Part shown: positions 29,559 through 38,585 of the stretch, one piece after another | Layout of the letters: every line of letters begins with the position of its first letter | Position numbering within the stretch: the first letter of the stretch is position 1 | From: an uncultured bacterium | Lineage (GTDB): Bacteria > GCA-001730085 | NCBI GenBank assembly: GCA_964565945.1 | Contig: CAZMGY010000021.1 | Location: 44,300 to 108,299, forward strand | DNA length: 64,000 nt | Direction of reading: 5' to 3' | Position numbers and translations under genes: made by a program | Notes under the pieces: generated by a model | What the model was told of the DNA's origin: nothing | Seen by the model: the letters and a program-made list of their open reading frames with translations, nothing else | Databases searched by the model: none

Positions 29559-30071
29559 ATGAGTGCAGAAATTAGAATTTATGTGGCATGTTTGGCAGCG
29601 TATAACGGCGGTAGATTGCATGGCGTTTGGATTGACGCAACCGATGAGCTGGACGATATTCAAGAGCAAGTAAATATGATGCTAAAAGAAAGCCCAGAGC
29701 CAGACGCAGAAGAATGGGCGATACATGATTACGAGGGTTTTGGTGGTTATAGCGTTAGCGAATATTCAGGGTTTGAAGAGCTTCACGATGTTGCGTCTTT
29801 TATTGAAGAATATCCAGAAATTGGTGGGGAGCTTTTAGATCATTGCTCAGACCTTGAAGAAGCCAGGAAAGCCATAGAAGAAAGCTATGCAGGATGCCAT
29901 AAATCACTTGCAGATTTTGCCGAGGAAACAACCGAGGAAACAACCGAAATTCCTGAGCATTTACGGTATTACATTGATTATGAAAAAATGGGGCGTGATA
30001 TGGAAATGAGCGGAGACGTTTACACAATTGAAACAGGTTATGAGGAAGTGCATATATTTTGGAATCATTAA
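29559..30071 (+). CDS. ardA: antirestriction protein ArdA
   Basis: 170 aa, acidic; 'IYVACLAAYNGGRLHGVWIDATD', 'EEWAIHDYEGFGG' and 'LRYYIDYEKMGRDMEMSGDVYTIE' parallel the conserved ArdA blocks (e.g. Tn916 ArdA). Confidence 0.85.
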   Translation: MSAEIRIYVACLAAYNGGRLHGVWIDATDELDDIQEQVNMMLKESPEPDAEEWAIHDYEGFGGYSVSEYSGFEELHDVASFIEEYPEIGGELLDHCSDLEEARKAIEESYAGCHKSLADFAEETTEETTEIPEHLRYYIDYEKMGRDMEMSGDVYTIETGYEEVHIFWNH

Positions 30072-30095
30072 AATAAATAATTATCCAAACATTTA

Positions 30096-30119
30096 AGGGC
30101 TCTTCGGAGCCTTTTTTTT
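30096..30119 (+). terminator. rho-independent terminator downstream of ardA
   Basis: GGGCTC-TTCG-GAGCCT hairpin (UUCG tetraloop) followed by a T8 run. Confidence 0.6.
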
Positions 30120-30349
30120 AGTGCTTAAAAAAATCGCCACCGAAAGATGGTACTTTTCGGCGGTTGGTGAGCGTTTCGTCGCTCAATCTCGACCACTGTT
30201 TTGCCAGTGGATTACGACAAGGGTAATATTTATTGTTTGGTAGTTATATGTTTATAGGTGTAACCACTTCTATAATTTGGTGCATTAAGATAGTCTAGTT
30301 ATGTGAGGGGTTAGATATGAAGATAATTGAAGTATCAGGAATATAGAAA

Positions 30350-31393
30350 ATGAAAACTGGTCGAAATGATCCTTGTCCTTGTGGTAGTGGAAAAAAATAT
30401 AAGCATTGTTGCCTATCTGTAGCGCGCGCAGTAAATGATGAATTAAGTGATTTGTTGTCAGAACAAGAATTTGACTCAATAGAAGAGATGCAGGCAGCAG
30501 CAGATACCCTTGTGGCAAAACAAAACCTGAAAGCACAAGATTATTTTCTTGGGCTGTCTTCTGAACAAGTTTATCGAATGCTTAATTTTGCCTATGACAC
30601 ACCTGAGCTTTTTCAATTTTCTGATCAACTATCCGTAGAGCCTGACGCACCCATCTTGATGTTAATGAATGGTATTGTTTCAGCTATTGATGACAAGGGA
30701 TTAACGGCAACAAAAGCCAGGGGTGGTCTGCCTCAAAAACTCTGTAGAGAAATATGGGATGATTACAGCAAATTATATGCTGATGATACTTTCGCTTCCT
30801 TTCACAAGGTCAATAAAGAAGATGATTTTTTTGAATTACATGTAACGCGCGTTATTCTTGAGTTGGCAGGATTTCTTCGCAAAACCAAGGGGCGCTTCTA
30901 TTTAACCAAAAAATATCAAAAGCTCGCCAGCAAGTCAGGGTTAAAAGGTCTTTATCCCATTATTTTTAAAACTTATTGTAGTGAGTTTAATTGGGGCTAC
31001 TGGGATCATTACAATGATGTTCTCTTTATACAGCAATCGTTTTTATTTACTCTGTATTTGTTAAAGCAACATGGCGAGAAGATGACTTTTACTTCGGTCT
31101 ATGAGGATGATTTTCTGCGAGCCGTCCCTATGGTGGTTGATAAAATGGAAGGGTCGTCTTATTCCACCCCAGAAGAAGACTTGCGCCGTTGTTATTCCTC
31201 TAGGGCGATTAAGCGCTTTTTAGTGTTTTTAGGGTTAGCAGAGCTAGAAGTCATTAAGAACAATAAACATTATGACTATCATTATAAGATCAAAAAAACA
31301 CCGCTTTTTGATGCTGTGGTACATTTCAATTTTTTAGGCTCAAAAATCGGTAAGACAATTCATTCAAGTGTTCACAGCGATCATTTGCATTGA
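30350..31393 (+). CDS. SEC-C motif domain protein
   Basis: 347 aa; N-terminal 'DPCPCGSGKKYKHCC' SEC-C metal-binding motif; remainder unrecognised. Confidence 0.55.
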   Translation: MKTGRNDPCPCGSGKKYKHCCLSVARAVNDELSDLLSEQEFDSIEEMQAAADTLVAKQNLKAQDYFLGLSSEQVYRMLNFAYDTPELFQFSDQLSVEPDAPILMLMNGIVSAIDDKGLTATKARGGLPQKLCREIWDDYSKLYADDTFASFHKVNKEDDFFELHVTRVILELAGFLRKTKGRFYLTKKYQKLASKSGLKGLYPIIFKTYCSEFNWGYWDHYNDVLFIQQSFLFTLYLLKQHGEKMTFTSVYEDDFLRAVPMVVDKMEGSSYSTPEEDLRRCYSSRAIKRFLVFLGLAELEVIKNNKHYDYHYKIKKTPLFDAVVHFNFLGSKIGKTIHSSVHSDHLH

Positions 31394-31625
31394 GCGGGGA
31401 AAATAGATCAATAAGTTTGAAACTAGCTGCATATGCACACTTAGAGTGTGCAAAAGCGCAGATATTTAAACTTACCTGGTGCCTGTTGGTTAGAAACCAT
31501 TTTAAAAAAACATAATAAAAACAAGGGAAAATGGTTCTGGCCCCTAATAACGTCATGTTAATAGAAGTAAAAACTTGACGATATTGGTGGTATAGAGTAC
31601 GCTATTAAGGTAAGGAGAAATAGCC

Positions 31626-32351
31626 ATGAGTATTGCACAAGCCATTGAAAATTCGGTTAAATCCATGCCTTCTGGCCAGATTTTTGGCTATCAGGAGTTG
31701 CCTAGCTACGCTAAATCACCAGGGGCTGTGATTAAGGCGATTAGCCGTCTGGTGGCTGATAAGAGGTTGGAACGGTTTTCTAAGGGCAAGTTTTACGTAC
31801 CCAAAAAAGGCATGTTAGGTGCTAGAAAACCCTCAGATAGTGAGTTGATCCGTTCAATGTTGTACAAGGACGGGCGTTTGCGTGGTTATGTGACTGGCCT
31901 ATCTCTCTATAATCAACTGGGTCTTACAACGCAGGTGCCGCGCACAATTACGGTTGCCTATAACGGTGGTCGTCAGAAAAAAGAATATGGAACAATTCGT
32001 ATTAAGACGGTCGTTACACGTGTTCCGATTAAGGAAAAGGACGTTAAGCTTCTTCAATATTTGGACGCGCTTAAAGACATAAAAAAAATTCTAGATTCTG
32101 ATGTAAATCTTTCTCTTAAGATTATTCGCGGCTATATATCTAAGTTATCTGATCGTGAGCGTAGTCGTTTGGTGGAACTGGCGCTAAATTACTATAACCC
32201 TCAAGTCAGAGCATTGGTTGGCTTATTGTTCACAGATTTAAAACTCTCGGTTCCAAGCTCTTTGGCTCACTCACTTAACCCAACAACGACCTATAAGCTT
32301 AAGCTGGATCGCTCAATGTGGCCAATGGCCAAAGAATGGAATATCCAATAA
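31626..32351 (+). CDS. AbiEi-like antitoxin / regulator (partner of the AbiEii nucleotidyltransferase)
   Basis: 241-aa gene with GGAG RBS; stop overlaps the AbiEii start (TAATG). Assignment is mainly by operon partner; the sequence may equally be a DUF6088-type partner. Confidence 0.5.
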   Translation: MSIAQAIENSVKSMPSGQIFGYQELPSYAKSPGAVIKAISRLVADKRLERFSKGKFYVPKKGMLGARKPSDSELIRSMLYKDGRLRGYVTGLSLYNQLGLTTQVPRTITVAYNGGRQKKEYGTIRIKTVVTRVPIKEKDVKLLQYLDALKDIKKILDSDVNLSLKIIRGYISKLSDRERSRLVELALNYYNPQVRALVGLLFTDLKLSVPSSLAHSLNPTTTYKLKLDRSMWPMAKEWNIQ

Positions 32352-33151
32352 TGAATTTACATGAGGATGATGAAGCATTTGCAGAATTAGTCGCTGTAAC
32401 CGCTGAAACAATAGGCTTGCCGCAGGTCTATGTTGAAAAAGATTATTGGGTTACAAAAGCGCTTAAGAATTTATCAGAATCCAAGCATGTAGGTGAAGTG
32501 GTCTTTAAGGGTGGTACATCTTTATCCAAGGCCTATAGGTTAATTGATCGTTTTTCAGAAGATATTGATTTGGCTGTACTTGCAGGCGGCAAAGGTGATT
32601 CTGCACGTAAGAAACTACTTAAGAGCGTAGAGACTACTGCCAGCGAAGGCCTGATATGTGTGAAAGATGATGCACGGGAATCCAAAGGCTCAAAATTTCG
32701 TAAAACAGTTTATCAATATCCGCGAAGTATAGAAGGTGGTGACTTTGGGCAAGCATCTCCTGAATTATTGATCGAGGTTAATACATTTACCAATCCTGAG
32801 CCTTTTGAAACGCGGGAGCTGCAAACATTTATTGCCGAAGTTCTTACTGAAAAAGGCGAAACAGATTTAATAGCACAATATGTGCTTGAAGGTTTTCCTG
32901 TAAATGTATTGTCGGTCAGGCGTACCCTTGTTGAGAAAATGCTTGGTGTAATTAAAGATAGTTATCATGAAGACCCCGTTGCAAGGATGTCTGTTCGAAT
33001 TCGACACATATATGATGTTTGTCTGATATTAAAGAATGATGAATATCGCGACTTTATTGCTAGCGATGAATTTATGTCGCTATGTAATATTTGTATTGAG
33101 GATGAAAAGGCAGGGTTTTTGCCCCCTCTGATTGTTTCGATACACCATTAG
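32351..33151 (+). CDS. nucleotidyltransferase AbiEii/AbiGii toxin family protein (DUF1814), apparently frameshifted near the 3' end
   Basis: 'VVFKGGTSLSKAYRLIDRFSEDIDL' is the DUF1814/AbiEii hallmark; a second frame (33106-33303) continues protein-like after a T5C5 tract. Confidence 0.7.
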   Translation: MNLHEDDEAFAELVAVTAETIGLPQVYVEKDYWVTKALKNLSESKHVGEVVFKGGTSLSKAYRLIDRFSEDIDLAVLAGGKGDSARKKLLKSVETTASEGLICVKDDARESKGSKFRKTVYQYPRSIEGGDFGQASPELLIEVNTFTNPEPFETRELQTFIAEVLTEKGETDLIAQYVLEGFPVNVLSVRRTLVEKMLGVIKDSYHEDPVARMSVRIRHIYDVCLILKNDEYRDFIASDEFMSLCNICIEDEKAGFLPPLIVSIHH

Positions 33152-33306
33152 TAGATGCGCCATTATTTTTCAGATTTAAGGATTGGAGTTCCTCTCTTAA
33201 TAATATATATACCGGCGCATTTTCAGATTTGGTGTATGGTGATCTACCAGCAATGGACGAGATTGAAGAAACGTTTAATTTTATCAAAGAGAATTTGAAG
33301 TAATTA

Positions 33307-33627
33307 CTAAAAAATCCTTGATATTGGGAATTCACTATCTAATAAATTTAAAATATCTTGTGGCAGATATTCCATTGGATCGTCATAGCCAATTCGATAT
33401 TGAGGATTATCAACTGGCATATATTCAATTCCATCTTTGCAAACTGAGTAGATGATTGTGTTATGCGGAGACCACCGCGAATATTTCACGGCGTAACCGG
33501 CATCTTCTAGAACCTGCGCAATGATCGGTGTTTTAACGTCGCCATCGCCATCATCAAAACCAAACTTAGAAAAAGCCTCGCTCCAGTGATAAGAATTGCC
33601 GCAGGATTTACATTTCAAATCGTTCAT
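33307..33627 (-). CDS. hypothetical protein
   Basis: 106-aa ORF with a 'CKSCGN' Cys pair; no recognised family. Confidence 0.35.
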   Translation of the reverse strand: MNDLKCKSCGNSYHWSEAFSKFGFDDGDGDVKTPIIAQVLEDAGYAVKYSRWSPHNTIIYSVCKDGIEYMPVDNPQYRIGYDDPMEYLPQDILNLLDSEFPISRIF

Positions 33628-33641
33628 ATTCTTTCCTTTCC

Positions 33642-34160
33642 TTAAATCTCCGGCTCAAAATCGATATCTTGAGCAGGGGTATCAAAGCCCATGCCTTGCT
33701 CCTGGCTTTTGCCGTGGGATTTACTGCGCTCTGCAACGCGGGCTTTCTTCTTCTCATGGGATTTTAGGTGCGATAAATCGCGGATTAACTTGGCACGCTC
33801 TTCCTCATGTTTTTTATGTAGCGAGTTAAACTGTATTTGTAGTTTCTGGCGCATTTCTAATTGCTTATGGATCAGCTCTTCACGCTCTGCTTGGTCGCGC
33901 TTATGCGCCTGCCAGGTTTCACCGTCATTAGCTTTGCGCTGCTTCCAATAGGAGCCATTTAGCTTGTCCCATAGACCTTTAAAACCTTTGCGTATCTGCG
34001 ATACCCTAAGGGCTTCTTCCTTTTGCCAGCGGGATTCCTGATAGGCGTTTTGCGCGGCTCGGTCTTTTCGGTGCTGCAATGTCATAGCGGCCTTGGTTTT
34101 AAGTAGAGGCACTAATTCTTTATTGTGATCTTTATCCAGCTCGCCGATGAATTTCTTCAA
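33642..34160 (-). CDS. mobilization relaxase, C-terminal charged portion (split gene)
   Basis: Highly charged K/R/E/Q-rich coiled-coil-like sequence; its frame stays open upstream to ~34278 and overlaps the end of the N-terminal relaxase ORF in a +1 frame. Confidence 0.5.
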   Translation of the reverse strand: MKKFIGELDKDHNKELVPLLKTKAAMTLQHRKDRAAQNAYQESRWQKEEALRVSQIRKGFKGLWDKLNGSYWKQRKANDGETWQAHKRDQAEREELIHKQLEMRQKLQIQFNSLHKKHEEERAKLIRDLSHLKSHEKKKARVAERSKSHGKSQEQGMGFDTPAQDIDFEPEI

Positions 34161-34272
34161 TAGGGTTGATGTTTTTCCACTGATCTTATTCTTAACTGTT
34201 TCAACGCTCGGCAGGTCTTCTGCTTTGCCAAGACGTTTTTCTATTTTTTTTTCTTCGCTGTGAGCTGGCGGG

Positions 34273-34962
34273 TTAGAGAATAAACCTCACCGTGTATATA
34301 TCTATAGCTACAAAGCCGCGCTTATCTCCTTTGGCCAGCCAGTAGCCAGATTCCAGGAGCGCTTGCTCAAAGCTTTTCTTATCATCCGACCTTGCCCAGC
34401 ATTGCTGTAAGTTGGCCTTGATGGTCTTGGGGTTTTGATTTGTGCGCGCCGCTTGCTGCCACTCAGCCCTTGTGAAGTTGAGCGGGTTTTTCTGGCTCTT
34501 ATCAATAAAGCCTTTGGGCAGTTGCCAACCATGATCTAAATAAAGCTGTTTTGATATATCTTTGAGCTTATTTTTAAAAAAGGGCTGATCAATTGCCTTC
34601 ATTTCTTTGGCATCAATGCGGCTCCAAACACAATGCGCATGACGGCGGCCATGTTTTTCATGAAAGACAATGACGCGGGGCTGATTTTCAAGCCCCAGCT
34701 TTTTCTCTATTTTTGTTAGTGCATCCTCAAATGCAGCTACCAGCACTTTTTCATTTTGTGGTGGTGATAGCGATAGGGAGAACATGAAACGTGAACATCT
34801 TGTACCTTTGCTAATCGCATGGATTTCATTAAGTGCGCCGCCTATTGTTTCACTGGCAAAACCCGATACTTCATGCACCCGCACATGCTCATTTTGCTCA
34901 CCATTCATGAGGTGCTTTGCCATTTGGCGTGCGCCGCCGCGTTTACTCGCCTTGATGATCAT
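34273..34962 (-). CDS. mobilization relaxase N-terminal nuclease domain (MobA/MobL-like)
   Basis: Start 'MIIKASKRGGARQMAKHLMNGEQ...' and three-His motif 'VIVFHEKHGRRHAHCVWSRID' typical of MOB relaxases. Confidence 0.65.
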   Translation of the reverse strand: MIIKASKRGGARQMAKHLMNGEQNEHVRVHEVSGFASETIGGALNEIHAISKGTRCSRFMFSLSLSPPQNEKVLVAAFEDALTKIEKKLGLENQPRVIVFHEKHGRRHAHCVWSRIDAKEMKAIDQPFFKNKLKDISKQLYLDHGWQLPKGFIDKSQKNPLNFTRAEWQQAARTNQNPKTIKANLQQCWARSDDKKSFEQALLESGYWLAKGDKRGFVAIDIYTVRFIL

Positions 34963-35353
34963 CTTCTTTTTCCTGCAAACCCAGAGCGCGGGTGAGGGTA
35001 TTTCTAATCCAGTGAACCGAGCGGCTGGCCTCATTTAAGGCCTTTAGCACATCTATATTCACAGGCAGGGAACCTGAATTTGCAGCCCTAGCAAGCTGAT
35101 TGATATTGTTAGCTATACGAGATTGCCCAAAGGCAGCTAGCAGTCTGGCTAATTCTTTTTGGTCTTTGACGGGCTTCTTGCCCCGTGTTCTATTTTTGGG
35201 GATTTCATCACCAAAGAGAAGAAAGCGAATATAGGCAGATAGCGGGCGATCACCTGCGGCCAGCTCTAATGTCTTTCTTTCATCCTCAGTGAAGCGAATA
35301 CAATATGGGGAGGGGTATGTATATTTTTGATCCGTAGGGGTTTTTTTAGACAT
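34943..35353 (-). CDS. mobC: mobilization protein MobC-like
   Basis: 'LARLLAAFGQSRIANNINQLARAANSG' resembles the MobC signature; sits immediately upstream of, and overlaps, the relaxase gene. Confidence 0.55.
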   Translation of the reverse strand: MSKKTPTDQKYTYPSPYCIRFTEDERKTLELAAGDRPLSAYIRFLLFGDEIPKNRTRGKKPVKDQKELARLLAAFGQSRIANNINQLARAANSGSLPVNIDVLKALNEASRSVHWIRNTLTRALGLQEKEDDHQGE

Positions 35354-35783
35354 TTTTCTGTCCCCCTGTTGCCGGAAGGGCAGAGTTACTGGTAGAATAC
35401 GCATCCTTTGAAGAGCGGACTCCCTCTATTGCAGATAGTAGCGCCTCTTCTTGTAGCGGATCAGCAGCAATATCATAGCAGTTACCAGCGGTAGATAGCG
35501 TTGGCAACCAGCCCCCGCTACCAAATATAATCTATACCACAGTAGCCTTTAAGCTTATTGTGGTTTTTTTGTTTATGCTCAAATTCGGTTTGGGCTAACA
35601 CTGTGCTAACAAAATATTTTTACTCTTCTTTATTGTTATCTCACCCACTCTTTAATTTTTAACCTTTTTGTAACTTCAATTTATTAAATTCCTTATTACA
35701 AAAAAACTTTTAAATAAAAAGTCCCCCTGAGTAGATATGATATAATCACTTAAATTATGCACTGTTATAAGGATTAAACTTTA

Positions 35784-36038
35784 ATGAACATAGAAACTTT
35801 AAATCTATTAATTAAAGATGGCGAAGGCATTCGTGTCAAATTTAAGGAGAAATATTCTTCTAAAATAGCCCGTGATATAGTCGCATTTTCACATACTAAA
35901 GGCGGATATATTTTGCTTGGGGTTACGGAAAAGCTTATTGAAAGAAAATATCCCTTTTTTTTTCAACAGAACCCCCTAAATCCCCCTTATCAGAGGGTAT
36001 CTTATGTTTGTTTAAGAACTAAGTCAGCACCAAGTTAA
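35784..36038 (+). pseudogene. truncated AlbA_2/Schlafen-like (divergent AAA) domain gene fragment
   Basis: 84 aa; 'EGIRVKFKEKYSSKIARDIVAFSHTKGGYILLGVTE' resembles the N-terminus of AlbA_2-domain proteins, but the ORF stops after ~80 aa; flanked by 22-bp direct repeats. Confidence 0.35.
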
Positions 36039-36119
36039 AAATCTCGGCTAACACCATGCTAACAAAACACCCCAAACCATCAAAAAGCAACATCAACCAA
36101 GACAAAAATAAAAAGCCCC

Positions 36120-36161
36120 TAACCCAAAGGCCGAGGGTTCGAATCCCTCCCCCCGCTACCA
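36120..36161 (+). repeat. attR-like direct repeat of the tRNA-Met 3' end
   Basis: TAACCCAAAGGCCGAGGGTTCGAATCCCTCCCCCCGCTACCA matches tRNA positions 3323-3363 with one substitution and one extra C. Confidence 0.8.
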
Positions 36162-36187
36162 AAAATTCATTTTTAAAGGAGACAGCT

Positions 36188-37291
36188 ATGTGGAATCGTC
36201 ATAATCAGGATGGTTTAGCTCGCACTGGTTCACTTCATTTATCTCATGGTGATGTGCCCACTCCAGCCTTTATGCCTGTAGGGACACAAGCTAGCGTCAA
36301 AACAGTTACCCCCGATGAGCTTAAAGCCATCGGGTATCAGCTTATTTTAGGCAATACGTATCATTTGAATTTGCGCCCAGGAATAGCCCTAATTCAAGAG
36401 TTCGGTGGGTTACACCGTTTTATGAATTGGGACCGAGGAATATTGACCGACAGCGGGGGCTTTCAGGTGTTTAGTTTGGCGCCTTTACGCAAAATCACCT
36501 CTGAAGGGGTAATTTTTCAGTCGCATATCGATGGCTCGACTCACCTTTTAACTCCAGAAAACGTGATTGATAAACAGCTCGCGATGGGAGTGGATATTGC
36601 TATGGTTTTGGATGAATGTCCACCTTTTCCTGCGGAGCGCTCTTATGTAGAAACATCGATGCAGGTCACCCTCGATTGGGCCAAACGCAGCCGGACTTAT
36701 CATCCTAAGGGAAGCTCTGGACCTAAACTTTTTGGCATTGTGCAAGGAGGCATGCATGCCGATTTACGTAAGCAATGTGTGGAGCAACTAATCGATTTGG
36801 ATTTTGAGGGCTATGCAATGGGGGGGCTTAGCGTTGGGGAAAATAAAGCGCTTATGTATGAGATGTTTAGTTTAGTGGCGGATATCCTTCCCCAAGATTC
36901 TCCTCGCTATCTGATGGGTATTGGAACACCCGAAGACCTTCTTGAAGGAGTGGCTTGTGGTGTTGACATGTTTGATTGTGTTTTGCCGTCACGCAATGCG
37001 CGCAATGGGACTCTTTTCACGTGGCAAGGTAAGGTAATAATTAAAAATCAGCGTTGGGAAAAAGTGCAAGATCCGATTGACCCAACATGTACTTGTTACA
37101 CGTGCAAAAATTTCAGTGCGGGTTATTTGCGTCATTTATTTCGCTCTAGAGAAATCTTATCGTTGCGCTTGAATACCTTGCATAATTTGCACTTTTTTTA
37201 TCAACTCATGCATCAAGCGAGACAAGCGATTAGCGAACAAAGGTTTGGGCTATTTAAGGAAAAGTGTTTGGAGGCCTGGTCCCAAACTTAA
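36188..37291 (+). CDS. tgt: queuine tRNA-ribosyltransferase
   Basis: 'GGFQVFSL', 'MGIGTPEDLLEGVACGVDMFDCVLPSRNARNG' and zinc site 'CTCYTCKNFSAGYLRHL'; AGGAG RBS upstream of ATG at 36188 (track ORF starts earlier at 36056, across the att repeat). Confidence 0.9.
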   Translation: MWNRHNQDGLARTGSLHLSHGDVPTPAFMPVGTQASVKTVTPDELKAIGYQLILGNTYHLNLRPGIALIQEFGGLHRFMNWDRGILTDSGGFQVFSLAPLRKITSEGVIFQSHIDGSTHLLTPENVIDKQLAMGVDIAMVLDECPPFPAERSYVETSMQVTLDWAKRSRTYHPKGSSGPKLFGIVQGGMHADLRKQCVEQLIDLDFEGYAMGGLSVGENKALMYEMFSLVADILPQDSPRYLMGIGTPEDLLEGVACGVDMFDCVLPSRNARNGTLFTWQGKVIIKNQRWEKVQDPIDPTCTCYTCKNFSAGYLRHLFRSREILSLRLNTLHNLHFFYQLMHQARQAISEQRFGLFKEKCLEAWSQT

Positions 37292-37327
37292 TTAAAATAA
37301 ACGACTAATAAAGATCAACAAGAGGCG

Positions 37328-38003
37328 CTACCAAATAAAGAATACTTTGTTAGCTGGGTTTTTATATGTATCGAATGTTGAATAGGCCTTATCTCTGCCG
37401 TTGTCTTTGAATGCCCCAGTGCTCCCCATCAAGTTTTGGTGACTAAATTTAGAGAAACTGCTTTGCCTCCAAGGCTTGCCCGAGGCGGTAATAATACCCT
37501 CTTTGTTTAGTTCAGCCACTATCGCTTTTGGGGATTTATTTTTATAGGCGTAATCTTCAAATATGTGCCAACTGATACTGGCTTGCTCCCCGATGATTTC
37601 ACAATCACCTCGAATAGCCTCACCTTCGGAATTCTGTTTTTTCATCACCTTATAACCATAAGTTAAACCACCGCTGGATTTTCTTTTTTCAACACGTTCT
37701 CGTAATCCACGGCCTGTTTTATCGGCAAGGTTTTTGAGGAAACAGGGCATTCATCGTTCTTTTTAGCCTAATATGAAGTGCTAAGATTTTACCTTTGCTG
37801 AGCGTAAAAATTTAAACTCCTGCAAATTCCATGCGTTTAAACAGACCCGCAATATTTTCCTGATCACGAAAAAGATAATTGAACGCCTCGGCTACCAAGA
37901 TATCAAATTCATCATTCATGGCAGCCGCCATAAGGGCTTGAATACCTGGACACAAAAGGGAGAGGCCCCCAGATATTCCAGCATCGATGTATGACATACC
38001 CAT
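37328..38003 (-). pseudogene. degraded large serine recombinase (remnant paralog of the island recombinase)
   Basis: Two short ORFs (37812-38003, 37328-37750) align to residues ~45-320 of the 3320-5011 recombinase ('DILVAEAFNYLFRDQENIAGLFKRMEFAGV' vs 'DILICEALDRLSRDQEDIAGIYKRMEFAGV'); catalytic N-terminus missing, frame broken. Confidence 0.6.
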
Positions 38004-38585
38004 GTTCCACCCTTGGCGTTGTGCTTTTTCGTTGCAAAGTCTGATTTGATCTTCGCAAGCCTAAAAAAGAACTGGTACAGTAGTAGCATTATCAGACTCG
38101 TAGTGAAACTTAACAGGATATTTTAAATTACATAGTGATATTTTATAATGGCCTGCGTTTGCATTCTCATTTGGGTTATATCAGCCCCAATGACTACGAA
38201 GCAGTAACATGGCCAAACTGAGTAAAGTTGCTTAACTGGCCTGTACACATCCATTAGACCATTCCATTTAGAAGATGATGTGCTAAACCATAGCAGCCGT
38301 TCTCACTTTAGGACTTACATGACCCAATACAATGGATGTGACCAATTAGCAAAAATCGTTATATTTTAGAAAAATGTAATGCTTGAGAGTGTATGGGTAG
38401 ATTTTAGTTTATTTTGCAAATACAGCTACAATCATATATACTCGTCAAGGATTATTTATACTTGGAGATACGTTGTGGACATGTCTAAGTTCTCTGAGCT
38501 TTGATTCACAGCAAAGCTTCAAATAAAAAGTTAAGGAACTTTCAAAGAAAATAGCTTTTATCATCAAAAACAGAAGGATGTCATT

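Larger units (their letters stand above)
3323..36161. mobile_element. ~32.8-kb integrated genomic island (mobilizable-element-like, decaying) at tRNA-Met
   Basis: Bounded by the intact tRNA and a 42-bp direct repeat of its 3' end; contains serine and tyrosine recombinases, T4CP, MobC/relaxase, and defense and anti-defense genes. Confidence 0.75.

Noticed and set aside
34246-34254. T9 (A9 on the coding strand) homopolymer as the relaxase frameshift site
   Set aside because: Hand translation shows the +1 frame is already open upstream of this tract, which simply encodes 'EEKKI'; the frame switch must occur within ~34262-34278.
36056-36187. N-terminal 44-codon extension of the tgt ORF
   Set aside because: The extension runs across the attR repeat and is low-complexity (K/P/N-rich); an AGGAG RBS precedes the internal ATG at 36188, which gives a normal-length Tgt.
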